Positions 37,301 through 50,545 of a stretch of DNA of 64,000 nt are shown here, piece after piece. How positions within the stretch are numbered: the first letter of the stretch is position 1; each line of letters begins with the position of its first letter. A program made the translations under genes and the position numbers. Source of the stretch: Carcharhinus amblyrhynchos. Taxonomy: Eukaryota. The notes under the pieces are model-generated. The model had not been told where the DNA came from and searched no databases. It was given only the letters and a program-made list of their open reading frames with translations. The stretch lies in the NCBI GenBank assembly GCA_965287045.1, contig OZ336880.1, positions 31,248,001 through 31,312,000 of the forward strand. The letters run 5' to 3'.

Positions 37301-38800
37301 AGTTTCTGGTTCAGTGCTGTGTCCTCTACTGGTGATCTGCAGCATCTGCAAACAACCCAAAAAAACAGCAAGACTCCAACTGAGTAGATAATCCTCACTA
37401 AGATGCACAGAGTGGGAAATTCATCCATGATGTTTCAGAGGCTTGGCATCACCTTGTTGGAGCATATTGTGCCACAGGACAGCCTCTTCAAAACAGTGCC
37501 CATGTAGGCATCCCCAAGGTGTGCTGGAAACATATAAAGCAGCCCTATCCTGGAGTCTCACAGCCCAGCTGGCTGATGTGATGGCAGGATACCTAATTTG
37601 GCAATGAAAATAAACAAATGGAGACAGAAATGCAAGACAGATCTTGGAATAGAAAATGCTTCCCTTTTTATGAGAGTTCTTTAAAGGGCCAGGCATCTAA
37701 GCTGTGTAGGTTAGGTAATTTTTAAGAACTTGTGTTATTGCAGAGTGTCTGATGGACTTTGGATTGTTTTTAGAGCTTATGTGGTGAGTTTCTGTGTTGC
37801 TCTATCCTGAGAGGAAGGGCATTTGGTGACCTGGTCACACACAGGTTGCTACAGGTATGGAGCTGCCAGTGGCAGTGGCTCTGGATCTGCAGCAGTTCAA
37901 GGAGATGGAGCAAAGCTGCTGAGAGAACAAGCTCTGCACAGTTTCAACTGCAAATGTGGAATCCAAACCCCCCATGCTCTTGGATAGTGGCAGAAGGTTA
38001 CCTAATTGGGCAGACAGTGTGCCCAACACCTCAACGTATGTCCATTAGTGATCTCCTATCTGCTTCCCACCAAGGTCTTCAACTGAATCCTATGCCGCTG
38101 GGTAGATGGCAAGCAAGTCATCATTTACTTTTGCTTTGGCTGCAATCCACTCATGCCTGCATGACTAACTGTGTACTGATCCCAAATCCCAAATCTTTAT
38201 TAGGTCCCAAGGTGCCAGTCTGAGATGGTGGCTCAGTGTCTGATCAAGTGACGGGATCCTAGCGCTATTCTGTTGTTCGCTTTCCTCCTTCCAGGGCTGA
38301 TGATCTCTGTGGAAATTGTAACTTTTAAATTTATATGCAAACTTCCAGATTTTACATCTTTTAAGGCTTTTTCTATGACAAAATGTCATATTTGAAGGCA
38401 ACTTGCACTTTAAACTACAAAACAGAGCATTCCCCTTTTTATTTTAACTAAACCAAAACGTGCTTCACAAATTTACGTACACTGCTCTTTAACTAGCCAT
38501 CAGTTCTCCCATAACCATTCCAAGGTGATTTCGCTCCTAAGGGTTTACTTCTGTTCTATTCTTTTTCTCAACCTAGGACCTTTTAATCTCAACACTCTCT
38601 TTCATGATGAGGTATCTTCCCCAGAGCATGCCACGCAAATTTTCCAGACTTGTTTTAATTTCATGTAAATTTGGTTTTTCAGTCCAAACACAAGCTTCCC
38701 ACACTCATTCCTGTGTCTTGCTTCCTTGCCTGGATTCTAGCAGACTAACCTCGCCCATGGCCACTGTGTCTGAAACTTTTACATCATGTCTGATAATCTG

Positions 38801-39108
38801 GGCAGCGTGATAGCACAATGGTTAGCACTGCTGCCTCTCACCACCAGGGACCTAGGTTCAATTCCAGTCTCCAGTGACTGTCCATGTGGAGCTTGCATGT
38901 TCTCCGTGTCTGCATGGGTTTCCTCCAGGTGCTCCAGTTTCCTCACACTCCATGTGCAGGTTAGGTTGATTGGTCATGATATATTGCCACATAATGTCAG
39001 GGGGATTAAAAGGGTAAATACATGGGGTTACAGGGATAAGAACCGGGTGGGATTGTTGGCGATGCAGGCTTGATGGGCCGAATGACCACCTTCTGCAATT
39101 TAGGAATT
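38801..39108 (+). mobile_element. HE1-type V-SINE
   Basis: A box TAGCACAATGGTTAG, B box GGTTCAATTCC, V-domain, and tail gatgggccgaatgaccaccttctgca. Confidence 0.88.
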
Positions 39109-39799
39109 TAATGGTAGCAATCTGGGGATTGAGAGAGGCAAAAAGCAAGAAAATACCACCATACTCAATGTTCTTAGCAGTGTTCACTGACACTGGTTCT
39201 GTCCCTGCTGACAAGAACCATTTCCTCCATAGGGCTCAGGGATATAAGCATCCTTGTTCCCCAGCAGTACTGGTCCAAATGTTGATCATGTGGCAGCTAG
39301 GAGGTGTCACTGGAAGATTCGTTTAAGCACCTTCACCACCCATATGCAGCTATTAGACTTCTTACTAACCTGCAGAGTTAAAACCAGAAAGTATAAAGCA
39401 GGAAATATAAATTATAGTCAGGGAGCAAAATAAACATTGGGAAATACAGATGAGATTAAAAAATGGAGATTAGAGACATAGGAAAAACAAAATTTTTAAA
39501 ATCAACATTAATTTTCTTCTGAGGAAATGTGATTTCACATTGTAATTTTTATTTTTCAATATAAGATCAGTCATAATGATTGAATAACATATTGTGACGT
39601 TAAAAACTGTCACTCTTGAATGTAGAGCTTTTGTTTAAGCCAAGTGGACAAGTGCAGTAAGTTCATGTGTTGCAGTAATTTCAATGCAAAATCTATCAAC
39701 AAGCACTGCAACAGTGCACCCTCTGGCAGAACAGATTATTTCTGACAGCAACTTCCAGATATCTGCACTTAGGTTTTCTCTGTAATAATAGAACACAAT

Positions 39800-40220
39800 G
39801 GGGGCGATTTTACCATTTTGATTCTAAGTGCTGAATCTGAGCATGATTCAAATCTGACTTGTAAACCTGTTCTCAGGCACCCCCGTACATACTCAGCCTG
39901 GAAAAAGGTCACGAATCTGAATTGCACTGTGGGCGGGGTTTATCACGCCCTAAACACCGCAGCTCTGATCAGAGCTTTCAACTGCACATGCACAGTAAAA
40001 AAAAAATTGAAAAACGCTCTCCTGCCACATCGCTCCTGGGCCACAAAAAGCGGATAAAGTAGCCCGGGAGTGACGGCCCCACAGACGTCGCCCCACCCCC
40101 CACAACATAACTGTTCCCCTTATCCACACCCCCGCTACCCAGACTGATCGTGACCCCCTTTTCAGAAGCTGGAGCATCCGAAACAGACCTTTGTCAAGCC
40201 AAGTTCACACCAAATCTGGG
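39800..40220. mobile_element. Partial MITE of the 23169-24345 family, opposite orientation
   Basis: GGGGGCGATTTTACCATTTTGATTCTAAGTGCTGAATCTG is the reverse complement of ~24305-24345, and homology continues inward. Confidence 0.7.
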
Positions 40221-41598
40221 GGGAAAAAGCTGGCAGTATGTAGAGAAATGTGATTTTTCTCTAAAGTGGCCAATTAATAACCAGATGGCAGATTCACTAT
40301 TCAGTTGAAGATGGCAGACAGACTCGCTCTAAGGGCAAATACGAGGCCTTCGAGCACTGACAAAGCAACTGACTGTCTTTCAGGTAAGTGGGAAAAGGCA
40401 TCCCTAGATGAAGGCACCCTCTCACCAACTATTTTTAAACTTGATTTTTTTTTAAATTGCCATTGGTTGCCAGACCACCGTTTTGGAGAGAGAGCCCATC
40501 CAAAAGGCAGCCATATCTTCAGCTATATCTGAAGCCTGGAAGGTAGAGAGGATCTCAAAGACTGCCTGGAGCATCACCCCCTTCCTCACCTAATGTGTTG
40601 CTAAGAAGTCTCCACCATGCAGCTGGGAATTTCCCTAATGCTGCTGGGGGCCTGAACACTGACTGGAAAATTCCGATTAAATCTCTGACAATAGACTTTG
40701 ATAGGCTTTTTAAAAATGTTAATTTACTACCCAACAGCCCAGGGGCAAGATGGTGCCAGAAAACTGGCATGCCAACCCATTGTGTGAACTTCTGTGCCTG
40801 CTTGCCTCCATGCTTGTACTAAATAGGGTCGAAAACTTCATCCCTTGGGCATTCTCATAAAATGAACATAAAGGGCCGTATTTCCGTTAAAGAGATGGGA
40901 AGTGGGAGAAGTTTCCTGACTCTGATCCCACCTCTGTCTTGGAGGAGGTCACCACCCCTACTTTTATGTCTGAGAGTTGGGCCTCCAAAGAGAGGCTTGA
41001 TGTGGAAATAGAGGTGGGCAGTTGGCAGGCAGGTTAGAAGACCTTCCACCATTTTCTGGGACATCAACTCAGTTGTATTCTTGGTTGCTTGGACCTTCCT
41101 TCTCACCCTCACCAATCTGCCTGCCGCAATTCCACCTGTCCATGATCGTATTGGTAAAAGTGACTTTCACACAGTTCTTATAAGATTTCATCTCCACCCT
41201 CCCATTAAGAATACACTTTTTGTTGTGTGGTACTACCACCTTGCTAAGTGGGAAGGAATTCAGACAGATTGGGCATCCATGAGGTGCTGTAGGCCATCAG
41301 CAGCCGCAGAATTGTACTTGACCACAATCTGTCCCCTCATGGCCCGGCATATCCCCATTCTACCATTATCACCAAACCAGGGGACCTACCCTGGTTCAAG
41401 GAAGAGTGAAGGATAGCATACCAGGAGCAACACCAGGCATACCTAAAAATAAAGTGTCAACCTGATGAAGCCACAACACAGAACTACTTGCATGCCAATC
41501 AGCAAATAATAGACAGAGCTAAGCAATCCCACAACCAAGGGATCAGATTTAAGCTCTTCAGTCCTGAATGGTGGTGGACAATTAAATACTTTGGGAGG

Positions 41599-43447
41599 CG
41601 AGGGATGAGATTGCAGAGCCTTTAGCTTTGATCTTTGGGTCCTCACTGTCCACGAAGATTGTGCCAGAGGACTGGAGAGTGGCGAATGTTGTTCCTCTCT
41701 TCAAGAAAGGAAAAAGGAATGATCCTGGTAATTATAGGCCAGTTAGCCTTACTTTGGTGGTTGGTAAGTTAATGGAAAGAGTCCTGAGAGTTAGAATATA
41801 TGACCATTTGGAAAGATGCAGTTTAATCCAGGATACTCAGCACGATTTCATGAGGCACAAGTCCTGCCTCACAAATTTGATTGAATTCTTTGAGGAGGTA
41901 ACTAATTGTGTAGACTAAGGTAGAGCAGTTGATGTCGTATTTTAATAAGGCGTTTGATAAGGTTCCCCATGGTAGGCTCATGAAGAAAGCAAAGAGGTGT
42001 GGGATAGATTGGATAAGTAACTGGCTGTCTCATAGAAGACAAAGGGTGGTGTGGAGGGAAAATTTTCAGACTGGAGGCCAGTTACCAGCGGTCATAGATC
42101 ATAGAACCCTACAGTGCAGAAAGAGGCCCTTCAGCCCATCGAGTCTGCACCAACCACAATCCCACCCAGGCTCTACCCCCATATCTCTACACATTTACCC
42201 GCTAATCCCTCTAACCTATGCATCCCAGGACACTAAGGGGCAATTTTAGCATGGCCAGTCAACCTGACCTGCACATCTTTGGACTGTGGGAGGAAACTGG
42301 AGCACTCAGAGGAAACCCGCGCAGGCACGAGGTGGATGTGCAAACTCCACACAGACAATGACCTGAGCCGGAATCGAACCAAGGTCCCTGGAGCTGTGAA
42401 GCAGCAGTGCTAACCACTGCTACCATGCTGCCTTCTGAGGAAAGGTTGAGGTGTACCACAGGGATCAGTACTGGGTCCTCTGCTATTTGTGATTTTTATC
42501 AATGACTTGGAAGAGGGGGCTGAAGGATGGGTTAGTAAATTTGCTGATGACACCAAGATTGGTGGAGTAGTGGATGAGGTGGAGGGCTCTTGTAGGCTGC
42601 AAAGAGACATTGATAGGATGCAGAGCTGGGCAGAAAAGTGGCAGATGGAGTTTAACCCTGACAAATGCGAGGTGATTCATTTTGGTAGGACAAACTTGAA
42701 TGCGGATTACAGGGTCAACAGCAGGGTTCTGAGGAATGTGGAGGAGCAGAGAGATCTTGGGGTCATATCCACAGATCTCTGAAGGTTGCCAGTCAAGTGG
42801 ATAGAGCCGTGAAGAAGGCTTATAGTGTATTAGCGTTTATTAACAGGGAGTTTGAGTTTAAGAGCCGTGGGGTTATGCTGCAACTGTACCAGACCCTGGT
42901 GAGACCACATTTGAAATATTGTGTGCAGTTCTGGTCACCTCGCTATAAGAAGGATGTAGAAGCATTGGAGAGAGTGCAGAGGAGATTTACCAGGATGCTG
43001 CCTGGTTTGGAGGGTAGGTCTTATGAGGAAAGGTTGAGGGAGCTGGGCTTTTCTCTTTAGAGCGGAGGAAGATGAGAGATAACTTAATAGAAGTTTATAA
43101 GATGATGAGGGGGATAGATAGAGTGGACAGGCAGAGACTGTTTCCTTGGGTGGATGTAGTGGTTACTAGGGGGCATAACTATAAGATTCATGATGAAAGA
43201 TATAGGAGGGATGTCCGAGGTAGATTCTTTACTCAGAGAGTGTTTGGGATGTGGAATGCACTGCCTGCTGTGACTGTGGAGTCGGACAGTTTAGGAACTT
43301 TCGAGCAGTTTTTGGATGTGCACATGGAGCACACCAGAATGATAGGGAGTGGGATAGCTCGCTCTTGGGTTTGGACATAGCTCAGCACAACATTGAGGGC
43401 CGAAGGGCCTGTACTGTGCTGTACTGCTGTACTGTTCTACATTCTAC
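41599..43447 (+). mobile_element. Young CR1 LINE (RT domain to 3' tail)
   Basis: VPEDWRVANVVPLFKKG..NYRPVSL, KAFDKVPH, GVPQGSVLGP, FINDL..KFADDTK, YCVQFWSP, FFTQRV..WNALP. Tail (tgtac)n at 43410-43440. Confidence 0.93.
42093..42432 (-). mobile_element. HE1-type V-SINE inserted in CR1
   Basis: A box, B box GGTTCGATTCC, V-domain and (TCTATGA)n tail on the minus strand. Confidence 0.9.
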
Positions 43448-44644
43448 ATTAAACAGCTCATGGGAGGAAGAAGCTCCACAAAAATCCCTATCCTCAATGA
43501 CGAAGGAGCCCAGGACCTCTGTGTAAAAGAGAGGGGAACCTTCTGCTGGTTACTGTCATACCTGGCACAAAAAAGATGATTGTGCTGGTTGAAGGTCAAA
43601 CATCTCAGCTCCAGGATACCACTGCAGGAGTTCCTCATGGTAGTGTCATTGCCCCAACTATCTACAGCTGCTTCATCAATGACCTGTCTTCCATCCTGAC
43701 GTCAGAGTGGGGTGTTTGCAGATGACTGCACAGTGATCAACACCATCTGCGATGACTCAGATATTGAAGCAGTTCATTTCCAAATGCAACAAAACCTGGA
43801 CAATATCCAGACTTGGGCTAACAAGTGGCAAATACAATGCACCAGGCAATGATCATCTCCAACAAGAGAGGATTTAACCATTGCCCCTTGACATTCAATG
43901 GCATTACTATCTCTGAATCCCCCATTATTTACATCCTGGGGGTTACCATCAACCAGAAACTGAACCAGATTAGCCATATAAATGCTGTGTCTACCAGAGT
44001 AGGTCAAAGCCAAGGAATACTGCGGCAAGTAACTCGCCTCTTGACCCTCCACCGCCCCCAAAAGTCTGTCCGACATCTACAAGACACAAGTCAGGAGTGT
44101 AATGGAATACTCTCCACTTGCCTGGATGAATGCAATTCCAGCAATGCTCACGAAGATGGAGAGCATCCAGAACAAAACAGACTGCTTGATTTCTACCCCT
44201 TCTGCAAGCATTTAATCCCTCCACCAGTGATAAACAGTGGCAGCCATGAGTACCATCTGCAAGAATTCACCAATGTTCCTTAGGCAACACCTTCCAAATG
44301 CACAACTCTTACCATCTGGAAGACAAGAGCAGCAGATGTCTGGGAGCACCACCACCTGGAAGTTCCCCTCCAAGTCACTCACCATCCTGACTTGGGAGTA
44401 TATCGCTGTTCCTTTACTATAGCTGGGTCAAAACACTAGAATACCCTCCCTAATAGCATTATAGTTGTACCTATGCCTCAGGGACTGCAGTGGTTCAAGA
44501 AGGCACCTCATCACCATCTGAAGGGCAACAAGGGATGGGCAATAAATACTGGCCTTGCCAAAGGTGCCTACATTCTGTAAAATTCATATTTTAAAAAAAG
44601 TACCACCCCTCATCCATTTCCTTCACAAAAATCAATTCCAATGA

Positions 44645-44750
44645 TTTAGATTGATGACCTTTCGCCAGAATAAAAAGTCACCAACTTGAAATGCTAACTT
44701 TTTTACTCTTCACAGATGACACAAGACCTGCTGAGTATTTCTGATTTTTA
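44645..44750. repeat. Decayed PLE terminal (hammerhead-type) repeat remnant
   Basis: gatgacctttcgccagaa..aagtcaccaacttgaaatgctaac..cacagatgacacaagacctgctgagtatttc is the reverse-complement type of 6612-6672 and 1240-1330. Confidence 0.5.
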
Positions 44751-45162
44751 TCACTAATCCAAACTGCTCTGCTAATAGTAGTAATCTTTTAACATCCTTT
44801 GCTTTATTTATTTATGTATTCATCCTTTCAAATATGCAATGGTTTTTGCCTGAACTATCTCTTTCCCCAAACAGCTCTCTTTATTCTTTTTTACCAAATC
44901 CCCAGCTGATTTCCTTATTCGCCTTATTAAAACTTAAAGATCATTTTCTTAACAATCTTTATTCAATGGGAAATAGTCTCACTTCAGGACTGTTTGGTAT
45001 TGTCCTGCTGAAACTAGACTGTACACATTCTGTAGCTTTAATAGTCTTTCTGAAACAGGTTGCCATGACCATTGCCTTATACAAGTAATCTTTTTACATT
45101 TATATACCATGCCTCCTGACTGGATCCAAATCCAAAATCTTCTGATTCAATCTGGAAATATT

Positions 45163-45423
45163 GGGGGCGATTCTCGCAAAAGTGCTGAATTGATAGGAAA
45201 ACTGTTCTGGATCATGACTGTTTTTTTCAGTGTAGCTTCACACTCTGTGCAATACAGAGGTCACAATTGGGAATCTCATTAAAAACCTAGAAGGGTTCTC
45301 CAGCTCTGGGAGATGCGCATGCATATCCAGTACATGTGCAAATGCCAGGAAAAGGCCGAAGATGTGATTCTCCTGACCGAACCCGCCAGAAAAGTTGGGG
45401 GTCACGATGGGAGAATCAGGCCC
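45163..45423. mobile_element. Short MITE (internal deletion derivative of the 36227 family)
   Basis: TIRs GGGGGCGATTCTCGC and GGGAGAATCAGGCCC. 3-bp TSD ATT at 45160-62 and 45424-26. Confidence 0.75.
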
Positions 45424-45588
45424 ATTGGGTGTAATTTTATCGCCAGCAGTGGGAAACATGGTGAGTAGGGGCATTAACTTTGGCGTGATGAAAAAGTCAA
45501 TTTCCCATCAGTGTGTCCTCCCAACTTTGAAAGGTTAAAGGTAGGTCAGGTTTCCTGCTGATCAATGTCAGGAACCATCTTTGCATTT

Positions 45589-45912
45589 GAAAGAACAAAG
45601 AACAACACAACATGGGAAACAGGCCCTTCAGCCCAACGAGTCTGCACCGCCATTTTAACATTATGAGTGCTCTCCTCTACCCATGACCTTTGTCTACACC
45701 TGTTGGGGAAGATTGAGGGAAGACTAATTTAGAGACAATTTGTTACACCAATCAGCCTAAGAGCACGTTTTTTGGGATGAGAGGAAACCGGAGAACCCGG
45801 AGAAAACCCACGCAATCATGGGGAGAATGTGCAAACGCCCGCAGACACCGTCCCAAATCTATGTATCTGCACAGCAAACAGTGATAGTCACTGAGCTGTC
45901 ACGTTGCCCATC
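45589..45912 (-). mobile_element. Diverged V-SINE-like sequence with CR1 tail
   Basis: Minus strand V-domain GCGTGGGTTTTCTCCGGGTTCTCCGGTTTCCTCTCATCCC and tail GGGCTGAAGGGCCTGTTTCC..(TTCTTTG)n. Confidence 0.7.
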
Positions 45913-46204
45913 AGATGGTCCAGTTTAAGCGTACACTAATGACGTGAAGCACGAGGCAACTCTCAAAGCAACATCCAAGAGCAGCCACCGCACAACCCAC
46001 CGCATGTATGTCCCTTGTTGGTCAACAAGGCGGACCGAATCACCTGTGAAGTAAAAGAAAAGACATCAATAAACATGCAAAACTTAGACATTTACGGGAT
46101 CCCCAGAGGCGCAGAAATAAAGCAAGTGAGCCATGAAATATTTTGGAAAGTCCATAGGAGTCAATTGATTCCCAGGGACGTCCCAAAGCTCTTGATCTTT
46201 ATTT

Positions 46205-47018
46205 AGAAAAGTCTCCTGTATCCCTCCATCTCTAGTCTGCTCATGTGCCTGTCTAAGTAAGCCTTAAACAACCCCAGCGTGCCTGCCTCCACCACCTGAC
46301 TTGGCAGTGCATTCCAGGCCCCCACCACCCTCTGTCTGAAAAACCTCCCTCCAACATCGCCCCCCTCACCCTAAGCCCGTGGCCCTCGTAATTATTGTAT
46401 CCAACCTAAGAAAAAGCTTACCACCGTTCACTTTATTCACACCCTTCATAATCTTATACACGTCTACTAGATCTCCCCTCATCCTCCACCTTTCTAAGGA
46501 GAGCAGCCCCAATTTGCCCAATCTTTCCTCATAGCTCAGGCCTTCCATACCGGGCAACATCCTGGTAAACCTCCTCTGCACTCTCTCCAGGGTCTCCACG
46601 TCCTTCCGGTAGTAAGGCGACCAGAACTGGATGCAGTACTCCAAATTCAGGCGAACCAACGTTCTAGGCACCAGCTTTTATATTCTATTCCCCTCCCTAT
46701 GAAGGCAAGCATACCATTGGCTGCCTTTGTCACCTTCTCCACCTGTACTGCCACCTTCAAGGACTTGTGTACTTGCACCCCCAGGTCCCTCTGAGTTTCT
46801 ACACTCTTAATAGGCCTACCATTTATCGTGTAACTCCTTCCGAAATGCATCACCTCGCATTTATCTGGATTAAATTCCATCTGCCATTTCTCTGCCCAAT
46901 ATACCAGCCTATCTATATCCCGCTGTATTGCCTGACATTGCTCCTCACTATCAGCAAGTCCAGCCATCTTCGTATCATCTGCAAACTTGCTGATCACACC
47001 ACTTACTCCCTCTTCCAA
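46205..47018 (-). mobile_element. CR1 LINE 3' part
   Basis: ISKFADDTK..WQMEFNPDKCEVMHFG..RDLGVQV; LEYCIQFWSPYYRKDVETLERVQRRFTRMLPG. Confidence 0.92.
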
Positions 47019-48899
47019 GTAATTTCATTAATGCTATTAAAAGGCCAACACACAGAAATTACATTTCCCCTTCAAATTTCGTGCCCTGCTAGCAGATAAT
47101 TAGAATGGCCTGTTTCACAACTGTATCTAAGTGGCAGATCTGGCACATTTCAGTTCATCCACAACTTCAGAGGTCAATAGACACTGCTTTCTTTAAAAGT
47201 GTAGCATCAAGATGTTGGGTGCCTCTACTTGGGCACAGGTTGTAAGGCCAAGGGGTAAGATGGAGGCAGGAATAGCTGGGTTAGGCTTAAGACAAAAGAG
47301 GAATGGGGAAACAGAGGCAAGGCTAAGTGTGGGAAACATGAGGGGGAGGGGGAAACGGAGAGAGGTGGGACTGGGAGGATGCAGAGATGGAGGGAGAAAT
47401 GCAAGAGGGGAAGGGGTGGATAAAGACATGACTAGGAAGAGTGGAGTCGTGAAAAACTTTCCTGGGGCAACAGCTACAAGACTGTAGAGGTCATATTAAA
47501 GAGACAGCCCTGAGGGTGAGGCCGCACTTGGGAGCATGTTGATGAACCTGCATACACCATGCTAGAGGGCTCTACGTGGTACACTTGTCTTCATTCTAGT
47601 CTTAGTGGGGAAAGGCCTCACTGGGAAGTGATGGTCATGCATGGTATAGTCTGCAGGGTGTAGTCATTCATCTAAGCTATTTGATCCTGGGTGCTCAAGT
47701 CATGGTATTATGAGGCAGAGGGCACAATATATTCAGGGGAAGCATCCAAATCCTGTAGGTCAGTAGCTTAAAAATCGTGAGGAAGGAGCAGGTTATTGGA
47801 TCATCTCATTTTGGGAGGCAAGGGGTTCCTGAAAAGTAAGTGTGCATATGGCCTTGAGAAGAATAGTCAGACTGACAACATGGAACATCAACATTAAAAG
47901 GTTTTGGGGGAGAACAGGAGTATTCACATGAACAACAATGGGGTCAAGAACAACAGTGGGAGGCTGGATAATGATGGGAGGATTGGGAATTAGAAAGCGA
48001 TGAGCATGGAAAAGATGGCAGTAACTTGGTGGAAGATGGGGATGGTTGGTATCTGGTTTCACGCACAAGTTGATGGTGCCATTTTTGCAATCATCTGAAA
48101 AATAAGCTAGAAAAATATCAGTCGCCAAGGGGTGTGTGGAAGGAATTCAGCACAGCAATTTTGGCCAGTTGAATTTCCTGTTGAACCCATGGAGAGCATA
48201 GTTCAGCTCAGTGGCAGTATCGGGGTCTAATGCACAATGAATGAATTTGACTTCTTTACTAATGTTGCATGTTTAGGCAAGAATCCATTAAGCTTAGGTA
48301 CTATGATGCATATGGTCTTAATTGACATCTGATCCTTACAGAGACAACTGAGAATGGATGGAGGGTCAAACAATCAAGGGATACAGATACTTCACAGAAG
48401 CAGCATTGACCCTTCAAGCCTCCATGTTCTTAGGAAACTGTTCAAGGCACTGTGCTTGCAGTCATGACCTTTAGTGTAAGAATTGGGTATCATTAGTTAT
48501 TGTCAAGGCCACTCAAGGATAACTATCAGAAGCCTAACTGGATTATAAGAGATGGGTCTTTTAACCCTGATTAAGACTGTTGCTATGAATGCACAAACAC
48601 CTGTTGTCCTCCAGGATGATGATATCATCCTGTAAAGGGTGGCCTTTGTAGTCATTACAGACTGAGGGCAAGTCAAGTCCAAGAGACTGCCTTCCTGACT
48701 TGTATATGGAGGGAGACCATCTAAGGGAAACTACTATTGATTGGTCAATTGTATCTGTTCACAGATGCGGGGAGTGGAGAATGCATGCAACATTGCCTTG
48801 TTGATAGCTGAGATTAGGATGAAAAGAATAAGGGCCTGTTGCCTATTGACACAACTCAAGGAAGATCACCCTGAGGGTCAAGAGCCAGTAAGGCCCCAA

Positions 48900-49943
48900 A
48901 AAGTCCCAGATACTGACAAGTGGGGCTAATTCCACACAGTCATTTGATGTGACCAAGAAGACAAACTTCGTAACAGAGATGAGCAAAGGACAGTATTGCA
49001 GGTGACATTACTTGTCAAGGGATGTGGTAGCTCATCTTTGCCACATTTTCTGTGAGTAACTCAGGCTACACAGAATCAGAGGGCATTCAATGCCAGTTGC
49101 TCTGAAGGTTATCACTGCACGGAACTTTTTCTGAGCAGCCTCTTCTGGGGCTCCACTAGAGATCTTTGAGAATCTGTCAATTGGTGATATGCAAATGCAG
49201 AAGGGAGGTGACAGATACTCTACAGTAAAGCTGAACATTACATGCAGTTTTGCATGGATGAAGTAACTAAATCAGGCAGCCAGACTTGTTCAAGTCACTG
49301 TGATCTCAGGCTTCCCACAAGTTCAGGATGTCATCAACTACACACATGTGACCTTGAGACCTCCCTGGCAGCAGCCTGTGAAATTCATTAACGGAAAAAG
49401 ATTTCACTCACTGAACATCCAGCTTATTTGTGATAAGAAGCTTATTTAACATGTTTGTGCTAACCCCAGGGATCTCACACAATTCTTACATTTTGAGTCA
49501 GTCCCAGGTGCCAGAGATGTTTGACAGCCCTCAGCATTTGGAGATGGATCTTTGCTAATATGGGATACCCCCAGAAAACATGGCTTAAGATACCCATTCG
49601 TCAATTAATGGATCAGAGGACAGATATTATACTGCACATTCTGCCATGAGATCCTTAAAGATGTGTTTCTAATGTTCAGAACAGCCAAGCAGGGTTCTCC
49701 AGTGCTCACCACAGAAAGTTGTTGTTTGCTGTATCCTGCATAACCTTGTGCTGCAAAGAGAGAATGTGCTGCATAGGGAGATGTTGAGAAGCTAGACATT
49801 GCCTCATATGAGGAGGACTTGGAAGGTGTTGAATCTGAAGAGCGCGAGGATTCTGATGAATTGCATAAGGATGCCATTGCCTGGGCATCACACAGCAGAT
49901 GTGTCTCTGACAACCTCACGGCAACAAGATTTCAAGAGGAATA
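48900..49943 (+). pseudogene. Harbinger/PIF (HARBI1-like DDE) transposase, decayed
   Basis: GHSMPVALKVITA; GFPQVQDVINYTHVTLRPPWQQPVKFINGKRFHSLNIQLICD (49309-49434, consensus GFPxVxGxIDCTHV..NRKGxHSxNVQxxCD); NMGYP..WL; CCxLHNL. Both recognisable catalytic Asp read as Asn. Frameshifts present. Confidence 0.85.
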
Positions 49944-50199
49944 AGGTGAAGGTTTGCTTTCATGATTAAAGTTCTCTGTAGGCTTCAATGCAGGTAACAC
50001 AAGAAAACCTTCATTCTCAGCATCAAAATATCAGGAAAGGTCATCAATCTCACAATGATCGCAGAAGCATAAGTCACCTTCCTCTTTAACAATAGGGTAA
50101 TCCTTGGAAGGCACAGTAACCTAGGGAACATGTGGCCGCAGTGGAATGTGCTTAATACTCAACTCGTGCACCTCCTTAAGCAACTATACATCATGCAGT

Positions 50200-50545
50200 G
50201 GGGGTGGTGGTGACACACTAGTATTGTCACTGGACTAATAATCCAGGGTTTTGCCCCGGGCAGTTGGTTTCAAATCACACCATGACAAAAGATATTTGAA
50301 TTCAATAAAAAAAATCTGGAATTAGTGGTATAATGACTCTCCTTGTCGATTTTCGTAAAAACACGTCTGGTTCACTAATGTCCTTTAGGGAAGGAAATCT
50401 GCCATCCTTACCCTGTCTGGCCTACACTTGGTTGACTTGCTGCTCTGGAATGACATAGCAAGCCACTCACTTCAAGGATAATTAGGGATGGCCAATAAAT
50501 GCTGGCCTAGCCCATGGCACCCACATTCCTTGAATGATTTTTTAA
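50200..50545 (+). mobile_element. tRNA-derived SINE sharing its 3' tail with the older CR1 (second copy minus at ~62380-62820)
   Basis: tRNA-like head gtattgtcactggactaataatccag..ggtttcaaatcacacc. Tail agggatggccaataaatgctggcctagcc matches 44531-44560. Confidence 0.7.

Larger units (their letters stand above)
41080..44590 (+). mobile_element. Older CR1-clade LINE (41080-41595 and 43448-44590) split by a younger CR1
   Basis: Endonuclease end GKSDFHTV, PWF, WWWTIK, then resumes at 43448. RT GVPHGSVIAPTIYSCFIND..FADD, ILGVTI. 3' end gggatgggcaataaatactggcc. Confidence 0.75.
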
